A DNA stretch of 64,000 bases, from the IMG/VR virus record IMGVR_UViG_3300021431_000013; one strand, 5' to 3'. Position numbers and translations under genes: made by a program. The DNA comes from an uncultured virus (IMG/VR IMGVR_UViG_3300021431_000013). Lineage: Duplodnaviria; Heunggongvirae; Uroviricota; Caudoviricetes. Below the pieces are notes generated by a model. It had not been told where the DNA came from. It saw only the letters and a program-made list of their open reading frames with translations, and ran no database searches. Position 1 is the stretch's first letter; every line of letters starts with the position of its first letter. Below are positions 50,001 to 58,721 of the stretch, in pieces.

Positions 50001-50780
50001 GGTGCTGAGATCCATGAGATTACGGATACGGCAATTATAAACGTGTACAATGAACGTACCCATAAACTTATTACCAAGCTGATTGCCAGACCGGGACAGA
50101 TTCGGCGATATTATGAAAACGGTGATGCACCGCAGGACGTTCTCGATAAGGCGTACTACAATACCGTGGTGATGCACTATAACGAAATTTAATGGATTAT
50201 TTTAAATATTTAGAAAAGTATTGCATGGAATATGTATTTCATGCTATAATAAAGAAAAAAACGTTGTTGTACACGTTTTATGCGCCGGCTGGCGCGGAAA
50301 GGAGTTACCATGTTAAAGTTTGAATACGTAGTGGAGTTAGGTACTGGGTATCGTCCAACAATGCAGGATGAGTGTGAAAATGAGGTTCGTTTCGTTATTG
50401 AGGCGAAAAACAGAGTGACTGCCGACAGAATGGTAAAAGCGATGTTTACTGGAGCCACAAACGTTGTTTGCGTAGATGGGATTTGTATTGACCAGTAAGG
50501 AAAGGAGAATTTATTATGAAGAAAATGACTTGGAACAAATGGGACATGGTAGACTTTTGTATCGAAAACGACCTGTATACAGGCGGGGACAACCAGCATT
50601 ACTCGATGATGTTGGACTTCGTAGCAACACATCCGGCTACAGAGGAGAATATCAGACTTGTGGCGACGGATATAGCGTCACATAGTTACTGGCCAGACGG
50701 GAGACCGTACAGTATCTTTACTGATGATGTCCAGGCACTGTATGACCATATGATACTGAATGTTATAGGTTAAAACTACA

Positions 50781-50825
50781 GCCTCCGCGGAGAACGGTAA
50801 GCAGGTTCGACACTTGCCGGGGGCT
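50781..50825 (+). ncRNA. tRNA minihelix-like element
   Basis: GCCTCCG/CGGGGGC stem stacked on GCAGG-TTCGACA-CTTGC. Confidence 0.5.
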
Positions 50826-51832
50826 TTTCTAAAAAAGAAAGGAGAAATGAACCATGAAAACAATTACGGTAAACACTCATAAGAAGGCAGAACGTATTAT
50901 CGGTATCCTGAGGAATCAGCATAGAACGTGCTGGTATGATAAGTTTTATGGTTACGGTTATTGGTATTATCTTATCTGGTATAAATAAGGAGGATTAGGA
51001 AATGTTAGAAGCACTCGAAAAAGAATTTGGACTCTCGGAAGATGAAGCAAGGAAATATATGGAGGAAATGAAATAATGTTTGAAAAAAGGAATACGTTAT
51101 ATCTTAGGTTAAGGAAGTTTCATGTGCCGAAGTATTTGGCGTATAAAATCGTCATAATGGCAATAATGAAATAATTAGGAAAATATAAAAAGCACCGGCG
51201 ACTTTAACACTAGTTACTGGTGCTTTTTGTTGTCGTAAAGGACCATAATCTACAAAGTCGAGGAAATATAAAAAGTATAAAGCGTGGTAGACCAGTGTCT
51301 ATCACGCCTTTTATATTATATATGAGCGTGTAGGCGGCGGATAAAAAAAAATAGCAAAAATCATCGGCGGCATTAATATAGAAGAAACCCATACCAAATA
51401 AATATTTACTACAATATCGGTTATACACCAGATATATATTAAGGATAGTATAGTTATACACCAATACTGTATACGAAAACCCCGCCGGCGGAAAAGAGAA
51501 AAGTGGTGGAAAACCTAGTAAAATCAGTATGTTATAAGGTATAGGTATATAAGAATAATACTATAGGGAATATACAGGAAATACGGATAGGGCATGGGGA
51601 AATGGGGGTAGGGAGGTGAGTATGGGGACATGGGAGAAAAGCCGCCGCCCTTGGTAAAAAACCATTGGATTTTTGCTACAATGTAACACTTCGGGTTACA
51701 ACGAGGCGCTCCTGGTCTACCAGGTGTCGGCACCCACGGTTAGGGAGCCAGTTTAGCCCTTTACTGTAGTAAAGCGGTGAAGCCCAGTTTAGTACTGTAT
51801 CACTTTAACGTGTTAAAGTCCCCAGCGGGGAC

Positions 51833-51864
51833 AAAAAAAAGAGACGCCCTTTCGGGCGCCCCTT
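51833..51864 (-). terminator. Terminator of the reverse-strand gene
   Basis: Minus strand AAAGGGCGCCC-GAAA-GGGCGTCTC followed by a T-run. Confidence 0.85.
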
Positions 51865-51879
51865 TGGTGATGTTTCGTG

Positions 51880-52398
51880 TTACTTTTCAGTGGTCTCGGT
51901 CTTCGGCTCCTCAGTCTTCTTGGACTTCTTTGCCTCCTTCTTGGCATCGGCGACAGCTTTCTTTTCAGCGGCTTTCTGGCGTCTGGTAAGAATCATATCG
52001 TTAATGACGCTCAGGTCTTCAACGGTCTCACGGCTGTCGGCAGTGACGATGGTGAATGTATGTTTTCTGGTCGGAGAGACACGACAGATTCTGGACTTGC
52101 CGTCGTTGATAATGATGCTACCCTTACGTGCATTGATGCCCTCTTTATAGGTAATTTCCGGGTATGCAATTACGTTCCTCAGCTCGGCAAGTAACTCGTC
52201 AACGGTCATCTTGGTGACTTTCTTATTTTCGACCACCTGTTCGGTACCCTTTTCTTCACCCTCGACCGGGTGTTCGGCATCATATGCCTCAAGTGCGGCG
52301 ATAATGGTTGCATTTGTTGCTTTGGCATCAAGTGTGATGTTTCTTTCAGTTGCGATGGCTGTAAGCTGTGCCTTGTTCATTTTTGTGTACTTTTTCAT
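51880..52398 (-). CDS. Basic protein with N-terminal SAP/HeH/Rho-N-like DNA-binding motif; only reverse-strand gene
   Basis: MNKAQLTAIATERNI...ATNATIIAAL; Lys/Glu-rich tail; AGGAGGT RBS, promoter and terminator. Confidence 0.8.
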   Translation of the reverse strand: MKKYTKMNKAQLTAIATERNITLDAKATNATIIAALEAYDAEHPVEGEEKGTEQVVENKKVTKMTVDELLAELRNVIAYPEITYKEGINARKGSIIINDGKSRICRVSPTRKHTFTIVTADSRETVEDLSVINDMILTRRQKAAEKKAVADAKKEAKKSKKTEEPKTETTEK

Positions 52399-52470
52399 AA
52401 TAAGTACCTCCTTCATAATAAATATTGGATAGTGTGTGTGCTAGATAAAAGCTATCTTTTATCTATTATG

Positions 52471-52499
52471 ATTATATCATGTTATACAATGTTTTACAA
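52471..52499 (-). promoter_or_regulatory. Promoter of the reverse gene
   Basis: Minus strand TTGTAA-17-TATAAT with extended TG. Confidence 0.7.
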
Positions 52500-52509
52500 C
52501 CTGTGGCTT

Positions 52510-52580
52510 AATATTCAGAATAGTAAGATAATTCTGATAATTAGTATAATTGTTAGACAATTCAGAATAGACTGATAATT
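52510..52580. promoter_or_regulatory. Array of CodY-box-like 15-mers at 9-nt offsets
   Basis: AATATTCAGAATAGT, AATTGTTAGACAATT, AATAGACTGATAATT etc. versus AATTTTCWGAAAATT. Confidence 0.5.
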
Positions 52581-52584
52581 TAGC

Positions 52585-53145
52585 ACTGCGCAACGTTACT
52601 ACTGTAGTACTTTAACGTGATAAAGTCTACCAGATCCCTAGACTTTAATACTTTACTATACTAAAGTCTACTAAATTAGTGTGTTTATCACACTAAAGTG
52701 TTAAAGTACTAAAGTCTACTATTTTACTAGACTTTACGGTTTTAACGTACTAAAGTGTAGTCTAGTAACGTATTAACGCTTTACAACACTAAAGTCTACT
52801 AGATCAGTAGGGAATTTAATACTGTATAACTGCATAACTTTAACGTACTAAAATCTATCTACTTGCTGGGTAATTTAATACTGCATAGCGTTACTACTGC
52901 ATAACTGTATAACTTTACTATGTTAAAGTGACGCTTTCACGCTTTAACACGTTAGTGTGCTAAAGCATCACTTCATCACTGTAATACTTTACAACACTAA
53001 AGCACTTCACCTCTTTATCACTGCATCACTTTAACGCACTAAAGCGCCACTTCACTACTGCATCACTGTACTACGTTAAAGCGTTACTACTGTATCACTG
53101 CATCACTTTAGCACGTTGAAGTGATAGCACTGCGTAGTGTAAAAG
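52585..53145. repeat. Non-coding degenerate repeat array with CTTTA-N6-TAAAG palindromes and 8-nt periodicity
   Basis: Exact copies at 52610, 52651, 52779, 52913, 52987, 53029 plus near copies; ACTGCAT/ACTGTAT units. Confidence 0.85.
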
Positions 53146-53415
53146 CATACCCCAGAAAATCGCAGACGCTAGAAGAATCCCTCGCCATGTCTACCTATTG
53201 ATTTTCTATAGTACTTAGCGTCGCTTATTCCAAACGGGTCACTTGGGTCGCTCGTTTTTCTGTGGGGTAGGGGGTCAGATTTTTTGCAACCACGTTTTCT
53301 ATAGTTACTGCGAACATTAGATAACATGATTTTTTGCAAATACGCTTGACAAAGTGTTGAACGTGTAGTATAATGAAAGCGTAGAAAGACGTACTCGCAC
53401 GAAAGGAGAAAAATT

Positions 53416-53880
53416 ATGAAGTTGTGGAGTTACTTTGATAAGTATGAAGACCTGATTAATAAGTACATGCCGAAAATGGGCGAGGGCGAAACGATCGCCA
53501 GCCAAATCTGCACCGCCGTTAATAAGTTAATATATAAATGGTATAATGACGGTGATGTTTTTGATAATACTCAGCACTTAAAAGGCTGGGCTAATGATTT
53601 ATCAAGCTATGCGAATTGGCTGTATAAATATAGTCCAAAGTATTTTCCGAATTGTCAATATATCCTAAATCGCATTTACGAGATTAGGACAGAGAGCGAA
53701 TACGAGGACTTGCTTGCAGACTTGGCGGATTTGCTAATTGATGTCGATTTTCTGGAAATGCTGGCGCATAAACCAAAAGAAGGGTCGATTTATGACTGTG
53801 CCGGACAGTTTACGTTTGAAGATAGTCAAAATGCTTGGAATGACGAAGATGAAGAAGACGATGACGAAGAATGGTGGTAG
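53416..53880 (+). CDS. Hypothetical protein with acidic tail (early-type promoter at 53346-53374)
   Basis: AAAGGAG RBS; YKWYNDGD motif. Confidence 0.7.
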   Translation: MKLWSYFDKYEDLINKYMPKMGEGETIASQICTAVNKLIYKWYNDGDVFDNTQHLKGWANDLSSYANWLYKYSPKYFPNCQYILNRIYEIRTESEYEDLLADLADLLIDVDFLEMLAHKPKEGSIYDCAGQFTFEDSQNAWNDEDEEDDDEEWW

Positions 53881-53934
53881 AAAATCTATTTACAAATTCT
53901 AAAGTGTGTTATATAATACAAATATAAGGGGGAT

Positions 53935-54186
53935 ATGTACATGGGCAATGAAGACACTACACTTGCTATGGAAATTCTTAAAGAGTTGAAAGCGAGTGCA
54001 AAACGATGGTTCATAGCATTTATCATTATGCTGTGCATTGAAATTGCCACGATAGGCGGATTCTTATGGTATTTAAGTTTACCTGTTGAAGAATACGTAT
54101 CTGTCGAAAACGATAGTGGAAACGCTAACTACGTTGGCAATGACATGAATGGAGATTTGTACAATGGCAAAGATAACAGTAATTAA
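53935..54186 (+). CDS. Single-pass membrane protein
   Basis: KRWFIAFIIML... TM helix; promoter at 53889-53917. Confidence 0.65.
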   Translation: MYMGNEDTTLAMEILKELKASAKRWFIAFIIMLCIEIATIGGFLWYLSLPVEEYVSVENDSGNANYVGNDMNGDLYNGKDNSN

Positions 54187-54232
54187 ACGTAGACGCGGAG
54201 GCGGCGGGCGAAGAAAGCGTAGACGCAGATAA
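54164..54232 (+). CDS. 22-aa Arg-rich peptide
   Basis: MAKITVIKRRRGGGGRRKRRRR; GGAG RBS; stop overlaps the next ATG (TAATG). Confidence 0.55.
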   Translation: MAKITVIKRRRGGGGRRKRRRR

Positions 54233-54579
54233 TGAATTATAAGAAAACCTTATTCACGCTTCAGAGTGCTATTAACCGGCACTCTGAAGCTAAAGTATTA
54301 GTAACCACAAATCAATGGTACAGTGATAAAGAGAATAAGCCCGTAACTGTTTATCACATCAAACGCAGAACCTTAGATAAAGTAAAAAACAAAGAATCGG
54401 TTGAGGAGATATTTAAAACGTATAGTTTAATCCAAGCGATTCTTTTTTTACGTGATTACTGGTACCTAGAAAATAATTGGGAACCACCGACTGATAATGA
54501 AATGTGGAATGAGGTGAAAAGTAAATGGCCGAGCAACAAAAAAGAGGACGCGGCAGACCAAGAAAAGGCGAGTTCGTAG
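54232..54579 (+). CDS. Hypothetical protein
   Basis: 115 aa ORF upstream of terS. Confidence 0.6.
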   Translation: MNYKKTLFTLQSAINRHSEAKVLVTTNQWYSDKENKPVTVYHIKRRTLDKVKNKESVEEIFKTYSLIQAILFLRDYWYLENNWEPPTDNEMWNEVKSKWPSNKKEDAADQEKASS

Positions 54580-55010
54580 TTCCAAGCAGAGGCAGAACGG
54601 CTACTACTCCACTATCACCAGCAGAACAACGTTTCTTGACAGAATATATTAAAACAAGCAATATAAAAGAAGCAGTTATACAAGCTGGCTATAAACCCAC
54701 AGGAAAACAGACGTATAGTAATATAGGTAGAAGGATACTAGGTAGACCAAATGTTCAAGCGGAGTTGGAAAGAGTTATGGATGAATTACGTAAAGAGACT
54801 GTAGCAACAGCGGAAGAAGTTATGGCATACTTTACCGCAGTGATGCGTGGAGAACTGAATGACCAATTCGGACTTGACGCACCGCTTGCTGAAAGAACAA
54901 GAGCGGCCCAAGAACTTGCTAAACGTACTATTGACGTTGAGAACAGAGCGAAGGGCAATGCTGATGTAAATGTAGCAATTAAACTGGATTGGAATCGTGA
55001 TGAGGAGTAA
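54525..55010 (+). CDS. terS: Terminase small subunit
   Basis: QRFLTEY...AVIQAGY...RIL..PNV, ATAEEVM..FT.VMRGE, RTRAAQELAKR. Confidence 0.85.
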   Translation: MAEQQKRGRGRPRKGEFVVPSRGRTATTPLSPAEQRFLTEYIKTSNIKEAVIQAGYKPTGKQTYSNIGRRILGRPNVQAELERVMDELRKETVATAEEVMAYFTAVMRGELNDQFGLDAPLAERTRAAQELAKRTIDVENRAKGNADVNVAIKLDWNRDEE

Positions 55011-55014
55011 TATT

Positions 55015-55254
55015 ATGTGGGCAAAGAAAGATACTATTATTAGAACGATTGTTCTTACTATTGCACTTGTAAACCAGGCACTTGCTATTTTTGGCAAAGA
55101 AGCATTTCCTGTTACTGAAGACCAAGTATATCAGCTTGTTACTCTTCTTATTACTATCGGAGCGGCTGTTTGGGCTTGGTGGAAGAACAACAGTTTTACA
55201 CGACATGCAGTATTAGCAGATGAATATTTCAAGGAACTGAACGAGGGCAAGTAA
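55015..55254 (+). CDS. Holin (SPP1-type)
   Basis: TIIRTIVL..ALVNQAL..FG...WAWWKNNSFT..A..AD. Confidence 0.88.
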   Translation: MWAKKDTIIRTIVLTIALVNQALAIFGKEAFPVTEDQVYQLVTLLITIGAAVWAWWKNNSFTRHAVLADEYFKELNEGK

Positions 55255-56216
55255 TGCAGAAGGCAATAGACATTAGTTGTTTCGATAGAGAGGTTGATTT
55301 TTACAAAGTCAAGAAAGATGGCTATGTTGCTGTAATTATTCGTGCAGGATACGGAATGACAAACGTTGACCCGTATTTCTATGAGCATATACAGCAAGCG
55401 AATAAAGCAAATATGCCAGTTGGTATTTATTGGTTTTCCTATTCTTGGGATGTCGATATGGCCAAGAAAGAAGCAAAGAAATGTCTTGAACTTATAAAGC
55501 CGTATCTAGTACAGTTACCAGTTTACTTTGACTTTGAGTATGATTCAGATAAATATGCAAAACGTAAAGGACATGCGGTTTCTAATGCTACATTAAATCA
55601 GATGGCTAATGCGTTTTGCAGTGAAATAGAAAAAGCTGGCTATCAAGCCGGCATCTATTTTAATAAAGATTACCGGAATAATCGTTTCTATAAAGATTTA
55701 TTGAATAGCTACAGTAAATGGTATGCTTGGTACAATGAAGAACTCGATGATTATACTGTAGATTTATGGCAGTATACAAGCAAAGGCGAAGTTGACGGTA
55801 TACCAGCAGATGATGAAGACTTAGATTATATAGTTAATAACCGTATTTTTAATAAGCCTATCGGAGAAGATAAACAAGAAACAACACAGGAAGAATATGT
55901 AAAAGCACTTCAGATAGCCTTGAATGTTTCTTATAACATGAAATTGCCAGTTGACGGTAAGTTTGGCAAGATGACTGAAGCCGCAGTTACAATCAATTAT
56001 CTTTTCTATAAACGACCAACAATTAAGAATACACATGTATCATGGCTACAAGGTACATTAAAAACACTTGGCTATAAAATCGAAGTTGACGGAAGTTATG
56101 GACCTGCAACTGAAAAAGTTGTCAAACAATTCCAGTATGATTATGAATTATACATAGATGGATGGGCTGGTCCAAATACACACAAGAAATTAATTGAGGT
56201 ACTTAGCAATGAGTAA
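55254..56216 (+). CDS. Endolysin (GH25 muramidase plus peptidoglycan-binding domains)
   Basis: IDIS, RAGYG, DFE, WQYTSKG; VDGSYGPAT..VKQFQ...DG.AGP.T. Confidence 0.92.
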   Translation: MQKAIDISCFDREVDFYKVKKDGYVAVIIRAGYGMTNVDPYFYEHIQQANKANMPVGIYWFSYSWDVDMAKKEAKKCLELIKPYLVQLPVYFDFEYDSDKYAKRKGHAVSNATLNQMANAFCSEIEKAGYQAGIYFNKDYRNNRFYKDLLNSYSKWYAWYNEELDDYTVDLWQYTSKGEVDGIPADDEDLDYIVNNRIFNKPIGEDKQETTQEEYVKALQIALNVSYNMKLPVDGKFGKMTEAAVTINYLFYKRPTIKNTHVSWLQGTLKTLGYKIEVDGSYGPATEKVVKQFQYDYELYIDGWAGPNTHKKLIEVLSNE

Positions 56217-56727
56217 GACATTTTTACAAAAAGATTGGGGAACAGTTAAAGGCATTTCAATGGCAAATGCAGGTTGCGGACCAACAGCAATAGCTGATAT
56301 TGTCTATAACGTAGATAAAGATATTACACCGGCTAAAGTTGCTAGTTGGATGGCTTCTAATAAATTTTTTATAGCTGGAGGTTCTACTCGTATTGGTATT
56401 TCCAGAACATTAACGAAATACGGTTTTCAGTATTTATACTTTACCCCAGAACATACCGGAAACGAAGAGTGGAAGTTTGCTTTTGATTTATTGAAGAATA
56501 GCCGTGAACACGAGTGTTGGGCAATATTACTTACAGTCGGCACAAAGAACGGCGGTAAAGATAACAAGTGGACGTATGGTGGTCATTTTATCGCAGTAAC
56601 AGATTATGACCCAGATACTGGAAAAGTTTATGTCAGAGACCCAGCCGGAAAAAATACTGGTTATCATAATCCAGATACTCTGAAATATGATACAAACGCA
56701 TTGTGGATAATCTGTAAACAGTATTAA
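56209..56727 (+). CDS. C39-like cysteine peptidase
   Basis: Q...GCGPTAIA, GGHFIAV, VRDP. Confidence 0.8.
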   Translation: MSKTFLQKDWGTVKGISMANAGCGPTAIADIVYNVDKDITPAKVASWMASNKFFIAGGSTRIGISRTLTKYGFQYLYFTPEHTGNEEWKFAFDLLKNSREHECWAILLTVGTKNGGKDNKWTYGGHFIAVTDYDPDTGKVYVRDPAGKNTGYHNPDTLKYDTNALWIICKQY

Positions 56728-56739
56728 GGCGGTGAGTAA

Positions 56740-58071
56740 TTGGCGACTAATCCAACATTTACAGGCGCCACTATATCGCTGAAAGATTGTATAATACCTA
56801 TGTATGACGATGTTTTGATGGACATATTAAAGCATCGTCATACACACTACATTTTCCCAGGTGGTCGAGGAAGTACTAAATCATCATTTGTCGGCGGTAT
56901 ATGTGTGCCAATGCTAATAATGCAGAATCCAAAAGTTCATGCAGTCTGTTTTAGAAAGGTTGCAAATACAATTCAAAATAGTATATTCTCGCAGGTTGTT
57001 TGGGGAATATATCAGATGGGCGTTGAACAATTATTTAAAATACCGAAAACATACAGCACACCTATTGTATATTTACCAACAGGACAAATGATATACTTTA
57101 TGGGTCTTGATGACCCAATGAAAGTAAAGTCTATTAAACCACCGTTCGGATATATTGGTGTTACGTGGTTTGAAGAACTTGACCAGTTTTCTGGTGAAAA
57201 TGAATTACGTACTGTAACACAGTCAACAATGCGTGGTGGTAAGGTGTTCTGGGATTTTAGAACATTCAATCCCCCTATCAGTAAAAACAACTGGGCAAAT
57301 GAATATACTGAAGACTGCGAAGTTTATAGGCAAGATAATACACTCGTTACTAGAAATACATATTTAGATGTGCCAGAAAATTGGCTTGGTCCTCAGTTCA
57401 TAGAAGAAGCTGAAGACTTAAAGAAGATAAATCCAAGAGCATATGAACATGAGTACATGGGCATAGCTATTGGTACTGGTGGTGATGTATTTCAGAATGT
57501 TTGTGATATGGATATGAATGAACCAGTACCCACGTTCGATATATATGGAAATACTACTGGTGTTGTTCCTAAGTGGCAAACATTTGACCGTATCTATAAC
57601 GGTATTGACTGGGGATTTGCTCGTGACCCATTTCAATTTGTACGCTGTCATTTTGATAGAAGTCGATTAGACCTATATGTTTTTGATGAGTACAGAACAC
57701 TTAAAACTAGAAATGAGACAGTCTTTAAGATACTATATGAAGAGGAAAAGAAGCTGTCAACAAATGAACTTGTAATAGCAGATAGTGCCGAGGAGAAATC
57801 AATCGCAGACTTTAAAGCATACGGCGCCTATATACGAGGTGCTGTAAAAGGTCCAGATAGTATTAGATACGGTATTAAGTGGTTACAGGGTTTACGACAT
57901 ATTTATATTGATAAACGTAGATGTCCGCATACATTTAGAGAATTTACTCAATATGAGTATGAACAAGACAAGGACGGTAACTTTGTTTCTGCTTATCCAG
58001 ACGCTGATAACCATAGTATTGATGCTGTAAGATATGCGATGGAGAAATACGCTAATAGGAGAGGTAATTAA
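56740..58071 (+). CDS. terL: Terminase large subunit (PBSX/SPP1-type)
   Basis: GGRGSTKS, WFEE, TFNPP, GIDWG, ADSAE, NHSIDAVRYA. Confidence 0.95.
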   Translation: MATNPTFTGATISLKDCIIPMYDDVLMDILKHRHTHYIFPGGRGSTKSSFVGGICVPMLIMQNPKVHAVCFRKVANTIQNSIFSQVVWGIYQMGVEQLFKIPKTYSTPIVYLPTGQMIYFMGLDDPMKVKSIKPPFGYIGVTWFEELDQFSGENELRTVTQSTMRGGKVFWDFRTFNPPISKNNWANEYTEDCEVYRQDNTLVTRNTYLDVPENWLGPQFIEEAEDLKKINPRAYEHEYMGIAIGTGGDVFQNVCDMDMNEPVPTFDIYGNTTGVVPKWQTFDRIYNGIDWGFARDPFQFVRCHFDRSRLDLYVFDEYRTLKTRNETVFKILYEEEKKLSTNELVIADSAEEKSIADFKAYGAYIRGAVKGPDSIRYGIKWLQGLRHIYIDKRRCPHTFREFTQYEYEQDKDGNFVSAYPDADNHSIDAVRYAMEKYANRRGN

Positions 58072-58721
58072 TGAACTACGATGGTGGTAAATTACAAACA
58101 CGAATACTAGAGCAGAATATTTTAAATCTTACATATGCTCAGTTTGAAGGTGTTGGTGAGTATGATATTCCAGAAATGTATCCTGTTCATATAGATAATT
58201 TAAAAGATGTACCTATACAAGGTTTTAATTTTGCGTTAAAAGAACAGCACCCAGAAAATATAGGTGTTCATTTCTTTTTACACGATTATCAATTTGAACG
58301 TGTATGGAAATATCCAGATAGATATGTTGAAGTATTAAAAAAATTTGCTTACGTATTATCACCCGATTTTTCTCCTTATGCTGATATGCCGAAAGCATTA
58401 CAGATATATAATGTATATAGAAATAGATGGTGTGGTAGATATTGGCAAGAACACGGCATAAAAGTTATACCGACATTTACTATGGGCGATACAGATTTAT
58501 TTAAAGTATTCTGTACAGGTATTCCAAAGCATAGTACGATAGCAATATCAACAATGGGTGAAGGACGTTGGGGCAATTTTAGTTATTTACGTACTTGGTG
58601 GAATGTCATACTCGCAGAATTAATGCCCGAGACAATACTGTTATACGGTAAAGATTTAACTAATGAGTTGAGCGGTAATATCGTATTTAAGAAAATGATA
58701 AGTTCAAAGGTGGCGATATAA
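58071..58721 (+). CDS. DUF4417-family protein
   Basis: VHFFLHDYQFERVW, SPDFS.Y.DMP, YRNRW.G.YWQ..GI.VIP. Confidence 0.8.
   Translation: MNYDGGKLQTRILEQNILNLTYAQFEGVGEYDIPEMYPVHIDNLKDVPIQGFNFALKEQHPENIGVHFFLHDYQFERVWKYPDRYVEVLKKFAYVLSPDFSPYADMPKALQIYNVYRNRWCGRYWQEHGIKVIPTFTMGDTDLFKVFCTGIPKHSTIAISTMGEGRWGNFSYLRTWWNVILAELMPETILLYGKDLTNELSGNIVFKKMISSKVAI

Larger units (their letters stand above)
45649..51230 (+). other. Array of probable early/host-takeover units, each promoter + RBS + small ORFs + terminator
   Basis: Promoters at 45649, 46513, 48172, 49820; terminators near 46422, 48123, 49639, 51188; ORFs e.g. 45717-45989, 45991-46206, 46208-46411, 47081-47311, 47582-47875, 47890-48123, 48239-48535, 48547-48843, 49179-49607, 49887-50192, 50310-50498, 50516-50773. 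Confidence 0.7.

Noticed and set aside
52585..53145. Possible CRISPR array
   Set aside because: Repeats are short, degenerate and irregularly spaced with no unique 30-40 nt spacers; the Cas4-like gene is a typical phage exonuclease with no cas operon.
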